In this document: positions 19,635-35,360 of the stretch, one piece after another
How the letters are laid out: each line of letters starts with the position of its first letter
Position numbering within the stretch: the first letter of the stretch is position 1
Source: the human T2T-CHM13v2.0 reference genome, Homo sapiens
Assembly: GCF_009914755.1 (NCBI RefSeq)
Contig: NC_060926.1
Strand: one strand, 5' to 3'
Length of the DNA stretch: 64,000 bases
Translations under genes and position numbers: made by a program
Notes under the pieces: model-generated
What the model saw: the letters and a program-made list of their open reading frames with translations, nothing else
Databases searched by the model: none
What the model was told of the DNA's origin: nothing

Positions 19635-19748
19635 ATGACCATGGAATCTGGAGCCGAGAACCAGCAGAGTGGAGATGCAGCTGTAACAGAAGCTGAAAAC
19701 CAACAAATGACAGTTCAAGCCCAGCCACAGATTGCCACATTAGCCCAG
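19635..19748 (+). CDS. CREB1: CREB1 first coding exon, aa 1-38 (exon starts at 19627)
   Basis: ttatag|gtaactaaATGACCATG...GCCCAG|gtataa; MTMESGAENQQSGDAAVTEAENQQMTVQAQPQIATLAQ; an in-frame TAA lies immediately before the ATG. Confidence 0.98.
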
Positions 19749-20853
19749 GTATAAAATACATGGAGAGATTCCAGTTTGTGTCTCTTCCTAGAGGAATACG
19801 TTTCCAAGAGAATTTAGTTGTTATTACATAGATATACATAGAATGAGCAGAGATACTCTTACAATATCAAAATTCCTATTTACTTAGTATTAGAGTATAT
19901 TTAGAAATGATAGTATTAATTCAATAACAGTAAAATGTATTATTAAACAATAATACAGTATTTTTAGTGAAATGATCCAGAAATAATTACATTTTAAACT
20001 TATGGGTAAATGGTGCTCTCAGATAAGGGAAGAAAACCTTGGCTATGTATGACAACTGCTTTTTTTATTTTTTTAATATGACACAGATTTATTTTTTAAC
20101 AGTGGGAATGCAGATAATATGAAAGCCTAAGTTTATATAACTAAACTAAAAATTAGGATAAGCAAATAAATTGACATGTAAGGAAATTTTAAGGATGATA
20201 GCAGTTTTTGTTTCCTGTATATTTTAAATATAATTTCTGATTCTTTCATTTAATCTTTCTCTTTAACATCCTATCTTTAAGAATATTTTCTCTCATTCTT
20301 ATGTTTTTGTTTGCATGCATTCTCCTCAACTATTTTATTAACAGCTGTTTACATAGATAGGAATGAGAAAGGTGGTTAACTTAAAAAACAAATAGCAGAT
20401 ACAGACCTGCTAGGTAATAGTGTGATACCGTCTCTTTCAGATGAAGGTTCCCAGGAGAATATAATCCTAGCAGAAGCTCTGATATATGTAGCTTCAGTTT
20501 CTCCAAGAGTTTAAAAGTTCCTAGAGAAGTCACCTAGCAAGAATGAATCATGGGAAATAGAGGACTCACCACACTTGGGTGTCTGGCTGAGGTAGTGTGA
20601 GCCAGATACTGGATTTCCAGCAAGAATATAGTCAGAAGGAGTGAGCTGTTCTGTGTTTTCTCCTAAGACCACCAGGGTTTACCTCCAGCCTTCAGGAATA
20701 AGACAAAGCCAAATACATCTAATGTACTCATACGAGGCAGGCTGCAGGATTGAAGGGGAGAGAGCCAGGACTTCCATCAATATAGGGTCAACAGATAAGA
20801 ATCTGGGCTCATCTGTATATTTTGCCCTTTAGAAAGAGGAAGACACAATGCTA

Positions 20854-21258
<405 letters not shown>

Positions 21259-21399
21259 TCATCCTGGGAATTCCTTTCTCCCTACTTCCATTTTCTCACA
21301 GTTTGTGTTTTTGATATGGTAAAGCATGTTTTTCAGTGGTTTTATGAGAAAGAAAGGTTGGCTGAGTAAAGATAGCATGTTATAAAAATTGAATGTATG

Positions 21400-21680
21400 G
21401 GCCGGGTGTGATGGCTCACACCTATAATCCCCACACTTTGGGAGGCCGAGGCAGGCGGATCACGAGGTTAGGAGATTGAGACCATCCTGGCTAACACAGT
21501 GAAGCCCGTCTCTACTAAAAATACAAAAAAATTAGCTAGGTGTGGTTATGGGCTCCTGTAGTCCCAGCTACTCGGGAGGCTGAGGCAGGAGAATGTCATG
21601 AACCCGAGATCGCACCACTGCACTCCAGCCTGGGTGACAGAGCGAGACTCCATCTCAAAAAGTAAATAAATACAAATAAA
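21400..21680 (+). mobile_element. Alu (Y-like, internal deletion in the right arm)
   Basis: Dimer; gaacccgagatcgcacc shows a short deletion; TSD ataaaaattgaatgta. Confidence 0.93.
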
Positions 21681-21977
21681 AATTGAATGTACATGTGCCT
21701 TAACATCTAGAAGATGTACAACAAAAATATTAAAAGTGATTAGCTATGGGTGATAGGAATATAAAGGGTTTTTATTTTATTTTTTATATCTGTATTTTAT
21801 AAATTTATAATGAGAGGAGCCATTATATAAAATTATTAGTGTAGAAAAGGGATTATTCATTGAGTTAGCTAGGTATATTTTCCCTAGAGAAGACTCAGGA
21901 AAGAGAACATAGTAATTGCTTCAAATATTACAAGAGCATTTATATGGAATTGAGATGAGATACTCTGAATAAGGTTA

Positions 21978-22092
21978 TGGTTCTCAAACTTCAGTGTACG
22001 GGAAAGTATGATTGGGTTCCTGTTAGAGTTGACTTTACAGAGTATCCTGTGTGACTCTAATGAAGCTATTCCATGGACCACATTTTGAGAAT
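21978..22092. mobile_element. MER5-like hAT relic
   Basis: ggttctcaaact...ggaccacattttgagaa termini. Confidence 0.5.
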
Positions 22093-22229
22093 CAAATAAA
22101 ACTAAGCAAGATTTATAGTGGCCAGAGAGAAAGTGATTAATAAGTAAGGACTTTATTACTATCCAGAGATGGAAGCTTCTGGTTTTACCCTATATGCCAA
22201 AGACACTGTCTTTATAGGGATCTTCCCCC

Positions 22230-23530
<1,301 letters not shown>

Positions 23531-24224
23531 TGTTTCCTGATTTAGCAAATAAAATTCCTATCCTTGAATGTGTTCAAGCATAGGAGCAATAAATAACATC
23601 TGATAGACATGTATGATTTAAGGACCCTTTTAACCTGGGTATTGACTCATTAAAACTGCCTTAGTTCTAGACTTAGTAGGTCAGGTTTGCTTATGCTTGA
23701 GAGCAGTTAGATTTTAGAACGTGACTTATTTAACATGATATTCTTTAGAATTTTATGTTTCTTCAAGGATAGTATATCTGTTGACCTTGGGTGAACACTT
23801 AATCTCATTGAGCAGTTATTTGTGTTTTTAAAAATGGAGATCCTTATCACCCAGTCTTCAGTTTCTTCAAATAGCAAAATCAGAAATTGGAAATGAAAGC
23901 AGGTGGGAAAATGTAAAGTGCCATACAAATAAAGTGATATCTCATGTTCAGAGAGTCTGTATTACATATTTGGTATAACATGGGAATAGTTTTTAATTTT
24001 TTGTCACTTGGGAAGAGCTGAAAAGGATAGGGGTATAGTTTTTGGTGTTTTTTATAGTGTTTTTTCTTAAAGAATATTAAATTTAGTCATTACTTTCATA
24101 TCAGTGAAATACATATCTAGCAAAAAGGTCACGTTTTTGCTTCTAAAAAGTTATTTCATATTGAACATGAGTACTGCCAAAGAGTGTCTGGGATGATAAT
24201 TCTTTTCTGTGTTCAACACCATAG

Positions 24225-24371
24225 GTATCTATGCCAGCAGCTCATGCAACATCATCTGCTCCCACCGTAACTCTAGTACAGCTGCCCAATGGGCAGACAG
24301 TTCAAGTCCATGGAGTCATTCAGGCGGCCCAGCCATCAGTTATTCAGTCTCCACAAGTCCAAACAGTTCAG
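24225..24371 (+). CDS. CREB1: CREB1 Q1 glutamine-rich exon, aa 39-87
   Basis: ccatag|GTATCTATG...GTTCAG|gtatgt; 147 nt; VSMPAAHATSS...SPQVQTVQ. Confidence 0.98.
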
Positions 24372-25117
24372 GTATGTGTATAAAAAGTTCTGCATCTATT
24401 TTAATAACTTTTGTTTATAGCCATATCTCTCTCCTTTCACTAGTTATGAAAATAAGGACACATCTAGTTCAGTTTATTTTATTCACAGTATAGGAATATG
24501 CTGCATCTGTATAGTCACCTTATGTATAGGAACATATATACAGAAGAACAAACATAAAAGAAAATGACTAATTTCTTAAGCTGCAGAGGAAAAAGAATTG
24601 ATTGGGGAAAATAATGAAGTACATGAGATAAAGTGGAAGTGTTTGGGAGAAACTGTAGGACTGAAGTACCTCAGTCGAGGAAAATTGAGATGCAAAAATA
24701 GTAACTAATTTTCTAAATCTGCAATTGGAGAAAAATAAACCCTTGATCAAAAATTAATAACCTTACCTAAGATATTATTTGACCTTAGAGATTACATAAA
24801 GCATTTGTAAAATCAGCTGTGCTTAGGGTTTTCAGTTACAGTGTGTAACTTTGAAATAATATATTCAGAGGTTACATCTTAAGGGTCAGGAATTATACTA
24901 TGCATGTTATCTAATTCTTTGGAGAGATCTTTCCTTTGGGTTTGATCCACAGGTAATAAAGGCACTGTAGACCTTTGAAGGTGACTACTCTGTTTAACTG
25001 TAGGGAACCGAGAGCAGTATAGATCATTGCAATTGAGCTTATTGAAAAAAAAGACTTGAACGTTCATTCAAGTAGGCCATAACCCCAGCCTCCCATTTCA
25101 TATTTTTTGCTTCACAG

Positions 25118-25159
25118 TCTTCCTGTAAGGACTTAAAAAGACTTTTCTCCGGAACACAG
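25118..25159 (+). CDS. CREB1: CREB1 alternative alpha exon (14 aa; present in the 341-aa form, skipped in the 327-aa delta form)
   Basis: ttcacag|TCTTCC...ACACAG|gtgagt; 42 nt, phase 0/0; SSCKDLKRLFSGTQ. Confidence 0.97.
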
Positions 25160-27660
25160 GTGAGTCCTAGGTCCTAGATTTGGAGAGAACTATTATTAGA
25201 AAGGAAGGTGAGAAATTATTCTTTATGTCTTTGTCCTTTTCCTCTATAAACATGGAATTTCAACACTTGAACAAAAACCTCAGAGATCTTCTGGGTCTAG
25301 GCCATACTTGTTACCTCCCCAGCCCTTAGTCTGTTGCTTAATTCTGTTTAACATTTCTCCCCTCTTCCTAATGGTAGTCCAGCATTTACTTGAACACTTT
25401 CAGAGAAAGGAAGCTCAATCTCCTGAGGTAACCTGTTTACAATTAGGAGTGATTGCTAAAATATTCTTCTCTGTGATGATCCAAAATATATCTTCCTAAA
25501 ACTTTTACCTAGTGATCCCGGGTAAACACAGGTTCTATTCTCGGAAACTAGATTAGCAAGTCTAATTCCTGTTCTATTGGACTGCTTCCTCTTCCCCATC
25601 CCCCGCACCCTTCCTATTTTTAAGAAAATTTCCAGACTAAACAAACTATTTTTCTTTAGCCATTTATTAGATGGTATAACTCTGTTTCCTCTTCACCATC
25701 CTGGTTGTTTTCTTCTGGGTGAGCGCTGTTATGTTTTCTTTACATATAGTAACCAGAACTGATTAATATTTGTAGAGGGGAGAAGTGCTGTCTTTGTCCT
25801 GGAAGCATTCTATTAATGTCCTCAGTAGAATTTGTCAGCCATTTTATACTATTGAGTCATCGAACTTCTATTAACCACCTCTACTTCATTCTGTCTTTGT
25901 GCTTTTGGTTCACTTTGACACTTAAGTGGGAGCGTGGGGGAGGAGAAGTAATGTTTTTGTGTGAAATCATCAGTTGGATCAATTTCCATAAGACACTGGG
26001 AATGGCATTTGTTAACAAGTAAAAGATAGTGTTGTGCATGTAAAGATCTAAGAACTTGATATTTCTATGAAATCACAATGACTGAGCAATAGTCCTTTGC
26101 CTTAGTTTTTATTCCATTGAGTGCTACCTTACCATTGTCCATACTGTGCCATTACTAATTCCCTAACCATATGCTCCTCTTAGTAATAGTGAGAAAACTT
26201 GATTTGCTAGTGAGGAGACCTAGATTCCAGACCCAGTTTGGACATTAATAAGTCAAATGGCCTTGGGCACATCTACCTTTCTCTTTTTCACTTATAGAAG
26301 ATCTTTCTATAAAGAACACAAAAATTACTTAAGTTACAGCCACAAAATTTGCTAAGATTACTGTTTTTTATTGTAATATGTGTTATTGTTGATTGTATTC
26401 TTGATTTTAATCTTTATTCTGGGGCAACATAATTTGGACATGAAGATTTTATGGCCATTAAGTATAGAAATATTCTCTTTTTTTTATTTGCTTGTATTCA
26501 TCTTTAAGGAACACATTTGTCCATTAAGGTCCATTAAGGTGAGCTGTACTTCTAATTTAAGAGTGTGTATTTATAAAAGAAAAGTTGGACTTATTGAACC
26601 CTGGATTCTACAAATAGAGATACAAATATAATATTTTTTTCTTTAAAAGGCCTAAACTATAGAATATCTATTTTAATAGTTATCTTAGCCAGTTAATGGT
26701 GATTAGTGTTAACAACTAGGAAATAGTTTTTATCAAAAGAGATGATCAAACAAGGAGAGGATCTTCTAGATGGGAGACCTCATTAATATTCCAGAATAAA
26801 GTTTCCAAAATATACAAGGTACAGTTCTCTTGTTGTGAGAATAGATTATTACTTTAAATTATCATTCATTCCTACAACAAATGTTTATTGGTGACATGCT
26901 ATGTCACTGTTCTGCTTGCTATAAAAGACAGCAATGAGCAAATAATACTTCTCTGTTCTCAAGAAGATCACATTTTAATGAAAAGAGACAGACTATGAAA
27001 AAATAAATTGTGTCAGGTTAGGAGAATTAACGAGAGAGATGAATAAAGCCAGGGGAAAGGGATGGAGAATGATGTGGAGGGAAGGGTGTTCTACTTTATG
27101 TAATGTGCTCAGGGAACACAGCACAGACCAGAAGGCAATGAAGGAGGCTAAGGCATGCAGATCGAAAGGTTTGGAAGTGAGGGTATACTTGGGATATCAA
27201 GGAATAACAGAAAGGTATGGCTGGAATAGAGTAAGTGAGGAGGGAAGTGATTGGAGATGCAATTTACAACGTAAGTTTGTCTCCTTTAAAATGTCAAATC
27301 TACGTATTTTAAAACCCTAGGAATAGAACTTTGTAAATTGTTCAGGAGTCTTCCGGAGTTTCAGCAGGTATTGAACTTATTTCTTAAAAATACAAAATTG
27401 TAACCCCTTCCTATTAACATGGAATAAACTGACTTAGAGCCAGGGAGATGAAAATAATAAACTAGATAAATCTCATTGAAAGCTTGCATAATTGGTAGAT
27501 GCAAATGAAAATGATTATTTAGTAAGCATACCTCAAATGCACCTAGTTTTGTTATCTACATGAAGTTTTCTTTTTCAATGCCAGCAGTTGTTAAATCACA
27601 TTTCAGAAAACCCAAGCTTAGAATCTGACTTCTAAATGACTGTTATAAAGTGTTAAATGA

Positions 27661-28041
<381 letters not shown>

Positions 28042-28242
28042 TTAATATTTATGCTTATCATATCTCTTTAAGAACTCTTGTTTTATAATACGAATACTTA
28101 AAATTTAGAAATAAGAAAAATGTATGCCTGTGTAAAATTTTTCTTATTTATAAGAGATACATGCAGATCAAAAGAGTTGGAAGATCATTGATCTAGACTT
28201 TCAGTAAGCTTCTTGATCCAATGAGTAAAACACTGTATCTAA

Positions 28243-28535
<293 letters not shown>

Positions 28536-29039
28536 ATATATATCCAAACCATGAGTCTCAACTCTACCGAGGGATAGTACTTAAGTTTCCAAAGGACCAT
28601 ATATAGGTTTAGGAAACATCGAATATTACCATTGTTTTGATTGGTTCTAGTTACTTTATAGTTTATTTTAAAATTTCAAATAATCGAAACGGGGTCCTCC
28701 ACCTTTCCAATATAAACAGGTAGTATGGGTTTTAAATAAACCAAAGTTGAGAAATACAGACCTAAAACTTTATATCTACAAGTGGTAGTTTAGCTTTTTG
28801 AAAATTTCTTGACTTACAAGTGGCCAAAATTAAAGACCTATTTAAGGAATTCAGAAAGAAGTTAATAAGTGATAGGAGATGAGAATAAAAGGAAGGGGTT
28901 CCATCATTGGAATGTGATGATGATACGTGATGTTTATAATTGGGATATAATTTTTCATATGATGTTTTTATTCTGTTATTTATAAAAATAGATTTTTGAC
29001 ATGATTTTTATTGATCTCAGTTATGTGGGTCCAGTATGT

Positions 29040-29270
29040 TTTTTTTTTTTAACATCAGTTTTAGGTTCACAGCAAAATTGAGAGGAAGCTACAGAGATTA
29101 CCTGTATACTCCCTCCCCAACTCCATGGATAGCTTCCCCTGTTCTTAACATCCTCCCCCAGAACGGTACATTTATGTTATAATTTGATGACCCTACATTA
29201 ACACATCATAATTACCCAGAGTCCATAGTTTACATTAAACTTCATTCTTGGCTTGGTATATTCTGTGGCA
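29040..29270 (-). mobile_element. Old L1M 3' end fragment
   Basis: cagttttaggttcacagcaaaattgagaggaag...gtccatagtttacatta. Confidence 0.75.
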
Positions 29271-30634
29271 GTATTTTTATTATTGATTAAGTGATAGATC
29301 AGGGACTCCATAGGAATTAGCTTCATGGCTTACTTCTCTTCAGATGGTATTCCCAAAGAGGAAGTGTTGTGTTTATTTCAGTGGTCTGAATTCTCTTTAC
29401 ATTTACAAAGTTGCAAGCACTAAATAGTGATAAGTTAATTCCTTCTGTGTGAATTGACAAAATCTTACAGGTCAGAGAAAGGCAACCTTTTTTTTTTTTT
29501 TCATTAAGGGCCATAGATCCAGAGTTAGAAAAAAAAAGGACACAGATTAAAAAACAACATTAATTTGTTTCATTTCAAAACTATCCTGTGGGTAGTTTAT
29601 ATGGCATGTTTTAATGTTGTTGTTTTAGTGAGTTCCAACTTGGAAGGGGGGTGTTCCTTAATCACTATATGTCCTTAAGAGAAGCATGTAAGGATGGGGC
29701 ATATGAGAGTCAAGCAGTGGACACAGAAAGAGCCACAGAGGAGCTAAGTGAATTCTGAGTGGCGTATTAATGAAGGGAAACAACACTTGTCACAGTACTA
29801 TCAACTTTGAGTTCAGTCTTGTTATTCCTTGAATTTCTGATCCTTTCCTCAGGCCTTTTCATAGCTCCTGATCTTCTGTATGTGAGAAAGTTTGTGCAGA
29901 GACTCTTGTGTGTGGGCTAGTTACAGCAGCTACTGATTAACGTGAAACTTTTCTGTGTGCTTCTTTGGCAGTAATTACAGCATTATTATTCTGCTGAGAA
30001 TCACAGACTAAATTCAGCATTACTCATCTTTTTATCTGTCATTTGTGAATTCATTATATGTTGCCTATTGATTTTTAGGTCTTTCAGATTGTACTTAGAC
30101 TTTAAAGTGTTTGGATGGGGCAAATTACTTCATTATAAATATATTTTACTACAAGTTACTAACTTTACCTGGTTTCATTTTAAATGAGCATGCATATCAC
30201 AAAGCCCTGTAAAATGAATGCCCACTTGGGAGAACTGTTAGGCTCAGACCACACATAGAGTACGCTTGGAATTTCTCAAGTACTTCTGAATATGTTTTCT
30301 TACTGCCATTGCCATACGTTTTGACGTGGAGCTGACCTACATAGACCCTTTTGTCTTGGTTAAGTATAATTCTTACTCTGACCGCATAATGTGCCCCTAG
30401 TTCAGGAAAGAGCATAACGTTTCTGCTGATTAGAGAAACTTGGGCAGTGTAAATTTGACAATCAAGCATACTTAGGTAAGTGAACTCTTCTAGTCTAGAA
30501 AAGGTGTGAAAATGCCACTGGTTGCTGCTTCTGACAAACCTGGTTTGAGACTATAACAGTCTGGTTTGAGACTGGAACCACCAGGATTTTGATGCTGGTA
30601 AGGATGTCTAAAATGGAGGTTAATGACAGTGGCT

Positions 30635-30830
30635 CCACTACTTCCTAGCTTTGTGACTCGGGTGAGTTACTTCTTTGTGCCTTAGTTCTTCCATCTATGG
30701 AATGGATATAATAGTATAGTACCCATCTGGCGCCTACATTACTGTGAGTATTAAGTAATGTAGTATATGTAAATGCATTAGCATAACACCTGGCACATAG
30801 GCATCTGTAAATTCTAGTTTCTATCATTAA
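30635..30830 (+). mobile_element. MIR
   Basis: ctagctttgtgactcgggtgagttactt...tgtgccttagtt...catct...cctggcacatag core. Confidence 0.75.
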
Positions 30831-31461
30831 TATCCCATGTAAATTTTTTATTCACTTATCTTCATTACTTTTCAGTCTAGGTATTCTTATCAGAAAAGCA
30901 TAGTTCTTTACCTTGAATTTTTACTTAAAAGTGATTATAGAATGCTAACTTTGAAACATGTTAGGAGTTTTTCCTAACTTGCTAGGAACAACTGTCAGGG
31001 ATGTCATGATGGATCGCCAGTCTTACTGTACAACTGTAAATATATTCATAAGTGTTTATACAGTTAAATAATAATATTTGTATAGTCACTATATAGACTT
31101 AGGAGCAAATATTTAGCCATCCATTTTATCCTTTATATCAGAAACCTTATTTTAGTTGGTAGTTTTGTTCCAACAGATGTAAGAAAAAACTGATAAGTAA
31201 TACTGATGCATTCAGGATTGATTACATGGAGTCCTGAAAAAAAAATTAAACTGCAGCTATTTTAGGTTCTCTAACTTCATCGTAGTTTATAGGGTAAGTA
31301 AAGGGAAGGGGAAAGTGATTGGTGTGGTTGTCTCCCATAAGAACTGATTTTTTTCTACTGAAGCATGTATAAAGTTTATATATGACTTTTTATATTTGTT
31401 TAATAAAAATTTTACAGGAACTAAATTTGATTATCAATATGAAGTTTTTCTTTAATTTCAG

Positions 31462-31562
31462 ATTTCAACTATTGCAGAAAGTGAAGATTCACAGGAGTCA
31501 GTGGATAGTGTAACTGATTCCCAAAAGCGAAGGGAAATTCTTTCAAGGAGGCCTTCCTACAG
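31462..31562 (+). CDS. CREB1: CREB1 KID exon with the PKA site RRPS(133)Y
   Basis: tttcag|ATTTCAACT...TCCTACAG|gtatgg; ISTIAESEDSQESVDSVTDSQKRREILSRRPSY; Ser133 codon TCC at 31555-31557. Confidence 0.98.
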
Positions 31563-33753
31563 GTATGGAATTTAATAGTTAGAATCAAAGATGTGGAGGA
31601 AGTCTTAGGTAGTTGCAGATAAAGAGATGTCAGAAGACCAGTTAGTTGTTCACGTCAGTTCCTTATAGATTACTTTTCTTCATCTTGAGTTATTTGTCTC
31701 AAATAAAGTGGAAGCTTATCCTACAGAATAAGAAGAGCACTTGTTACTCTCACCAGTCCTAATTTTTTTTTTTTCTGTTTCTGTTTCTGTAGACTGTGCT
31801 GGCTGTCTTTCTGTTAAAAGTTTGGAATACAGTTGATAAGGTTATAGCATTTTTTAGTTATAAGCCAACTCTGAGGCTCTGTTATTTATCTACTTAGTAA
31901 CACATTGCAAACCATTTTTTATGCCATGGTACTTAACAGATAGCTATTAATTTAATAATTGTCTCAGGGAGATGCTTTACTAACATCCCCTAATTTTAGC
32001 AGTAGCTTACTGTAATTTTTGTGTTCAGTTATAGATGTTGCCTAGTCCATGCCTTGCCTCCAAGGTGAACCAAAACCATTTTTTAATGTAAAAATTAGCT
32101 CCACATTAAATATCTTCAGGAAGGGCAGTTCCATAAATCTTGATAAGTTTACTTCAGCATTGAAGAAACTTCAGACTCATAATTATCTTCCTTGTTAGTG
32201 TAAATTATTTTTTATATATTCCTATTTTTCAAAGGGATGGTTTTTTCCCCCCGCTTGGCTATTAAACTAACCCTTTTCTCTGTCCTTACAATTAAATTAA
32301 GAATCCTAAGTGACTAGCAATAAATAGATTTTGAGGTCTAAGAAATTTTATATTACCAGTTTATGTTATATGTATTTATATTCATAATTTATTTTAAGTA
32401 TAGCTAGTGTTAGATTTTAACTTTGAAGTATATCTCCTGTTAGTATATAACACATTTGATCCTGAAGCAAATCCAACCAAATACTACTAGTAAAGTAATT
32501 ACACAGGTAAATATAAAAGCAGGATTATTATAGTTTTGGTTTGTAACTCCTTTTTTTCCTATGTGATTGGAAAGACAAAGGCATAGAACAATAACTATAA
32601 ATTTATGTGACTAAGCACATGATATATGAAGATGTCATTTTTGACAATAGCATAAAGGGACAGAGTTTATAACTAGTTTGTTACAAATTTAAGATATCAA
32701 AAATTACTTGGGTTAGGGTTTTTAGGGGTTTTTTCCCACCTTTCAGTGTGATTATGTTATTCATTTGAAATATGGTATGGTTCCTTTGTTTTTGGGTTCC
32801 ATTTTAGAGTTTCTCCACCCATCCTTGTTGATCTTTATTTTTTTTTCTAGTAAGTGAAACATTTAACACTGTACCAAAAGTCAGAATTGCACAAAAAAAG
32901 TATACTCAGTAGTGCCTCCCCATTCCTTCTGTCGTTTTCATTTCTTTCCTACCCATCCCCAGTAAATAGCTAAAACCATTACTCTCTCGTTTATCCATCC
33001 TGATTTTTTTCCTTGAACAAATGAGCAGATACATACATGTCTGTTTTCATATTTCCCTTTTTTCCTTACACAAAAGATATGCTGTATCCATTATTTGGAT
33101 GTACCATAGTTGATTCAACCACTTGCCTTTATATGGGCATATAGATTGTTTCCAGTATTTTTTTTCCTTTTTATTTGTTTTTCTATTTTAGACCTTGGAT
33201 ATATGGCTCCAGTATTTTGCAGTTACAAACAGTGCCAATGGGAATAATCTTAAGCGAGTTTATTTTAATATTGTTGGAATTGGGGTGAATTCCTGGAAAT
33301 GGGATTGAGGCACGAACACCCATATTTCCTTAAATATCAACAATTCCTTATATCGGGATTGTGCCAGTTTTATACTCCCAGCAGCAATGTATGAGAGTGT
33401 GGTGTTTTTTGTTTTTGTTTTTGTTTTTTTTGTAGCTTTGCTAACAGATTTTGTTAACACTTTTTTGTTTCCCAATCTGAGAAGTGAGAATTTAAAAATC
33501 AGGTTTTGATCTTTTTTCCCTTTAGTTGATTGTTGACTTTTTACTTTCCGACTTTGTGTATGTGTTCTTTGAGATGCAAAAGATTTTTTTTAATGTAGTC
33601 AGTCTTATTATTACCCTTAATTGCACCCTTCCTTACATTGAGGTTAAAGATAATACATCTTTTTTTTTGTTTTTGTACATATTTGGGTTCCTTTTGACAT
33701 CTAGATCAATCCCTGACCCATGAAGAGTTTATTCATGTAATTTATATATTTTA

Positions 33754-34081
<328 letters not shown>

Positions 34082-34181
34082 CTAGCAGCTTTCTGTGAGT
34101 TTTCTCATCTTTAACTATATTTGTATTTAGCCAGTAAATTGTACTTATATTTTTAATTATTCTAGTTTTCTAATTTTGTAG

Positions 34182-34324
34182 GAAAATTTTGAATGACTTA
34201 TCTTCTGATGCACCAGGAGTGCCAAGGATTGAAGAAGAGAAGTCTGAAGAGGAGACTTCAGCACCTGCCATCACCACTGTAACGGTGCCAACTCCAATTT
34301 ACCAAACTAGCAGTGGACAGTATA
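34182..34324 (+). CDS. CREB1: CREB1 second KID exon
   Basis: ttgtag|GAAAATTTTG...CAGTATA|gtgagt; KILNDLSSDAPGVPRIEEEKSEEETSAPAITTVTVPTPIYQTSSGQY. Confidence 0.98.
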
Positions 34325-35242
34325 GTGAGTAATAGACAATTTCTGTTTCTATTGTGAGGAGAAAAAAGTGAGGAGAAAAAGCTAATAGTTGCATTCTCTT
34401 CAGAGAAACCAATACAAGTGCCAAGTCTTCTCAGTTTTGCTGCCATTATTATATTTCCTTTACTCTTCACTATGCAAAGGTCTGTAATGGTAGTATTTTC
34501 TTTTCTTCAGAGAGTTTTAGTTAGGATTAGTCAAGTGTATAAACCTTTTAGATGTCCTTTTGTTTTTGTGCAGATGCATGGAAAGTCTGAAGTTTTTGAA
34601 CCACTAATTGAGACCCTAGGTTTGAGGCCTCATGTGTTGAGAGAACATAAGTTTTTTAGATTAAAAAAAATCATTCCTTGAATATATCTCGGTATTCATT
34701 TTAATAGTTTGTCTTGCCTTCTGAAAGTAGCATTTTAATGTCTTCGTATTTAATAATGTTTCAAGTGGGGATAAGCATGGCTTGGTTGAGTCAGCACATT
34801 CAATTATTCCTTTTCATATGAAAGATAGTAATACACTTTTTGGCCCACATAAAGCAAAAATTGCTCTTACAAAATTATTTAAAAGTTTTCATTTCTATGA
34901 TGTCTCTGTCTGGCACTTAGGTCTGTCTTCTTATCTTTCACCAAAATCTGTTATAAGACACTTTTGAATTTTATTTTGTTTGATCAAAAGCATTTGTGTG
35001 AATGGTACTTTTTTCTCTTTTTCCCTTTTTTTTTTTTTTTTTTTTTTTTGCCTCTCAAAGTGCTTTATTCATTCAGTGATTTTTTTCATTTGTATTTGTT
35101 TATTAAACCTGGTGCTGCCCATTTATACCCTTTTCCCCACCCACCTTAGTTTCAAATTAAATGTACACATTGAAACTTCTTTACTGAGATAGTTTCCTAA
35201 TCCCTGAGGGAATCTGTATCAGAAATATGCATAAAAGTTTGA

Positions 35243-35360
35243 GGCCAGGCACAGTGGCTCATGCCTGTATTCCCAGCACTTTGGGAAGCCAAAGTGGAAG
35301 GATCACTTGAGCCATCCAGGAGTTTAAGACCCCATCCCTATTTATAAAAATAATTTAAAA
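35243..35360 (+). mobile_element. Alu left monomer (FLAM-like)
   Basis: ggccaggcacagtggctcatgcc...; flanked by the repeat agaaatatgcat(a/g)aaagtttga. Confidence 0.85.
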
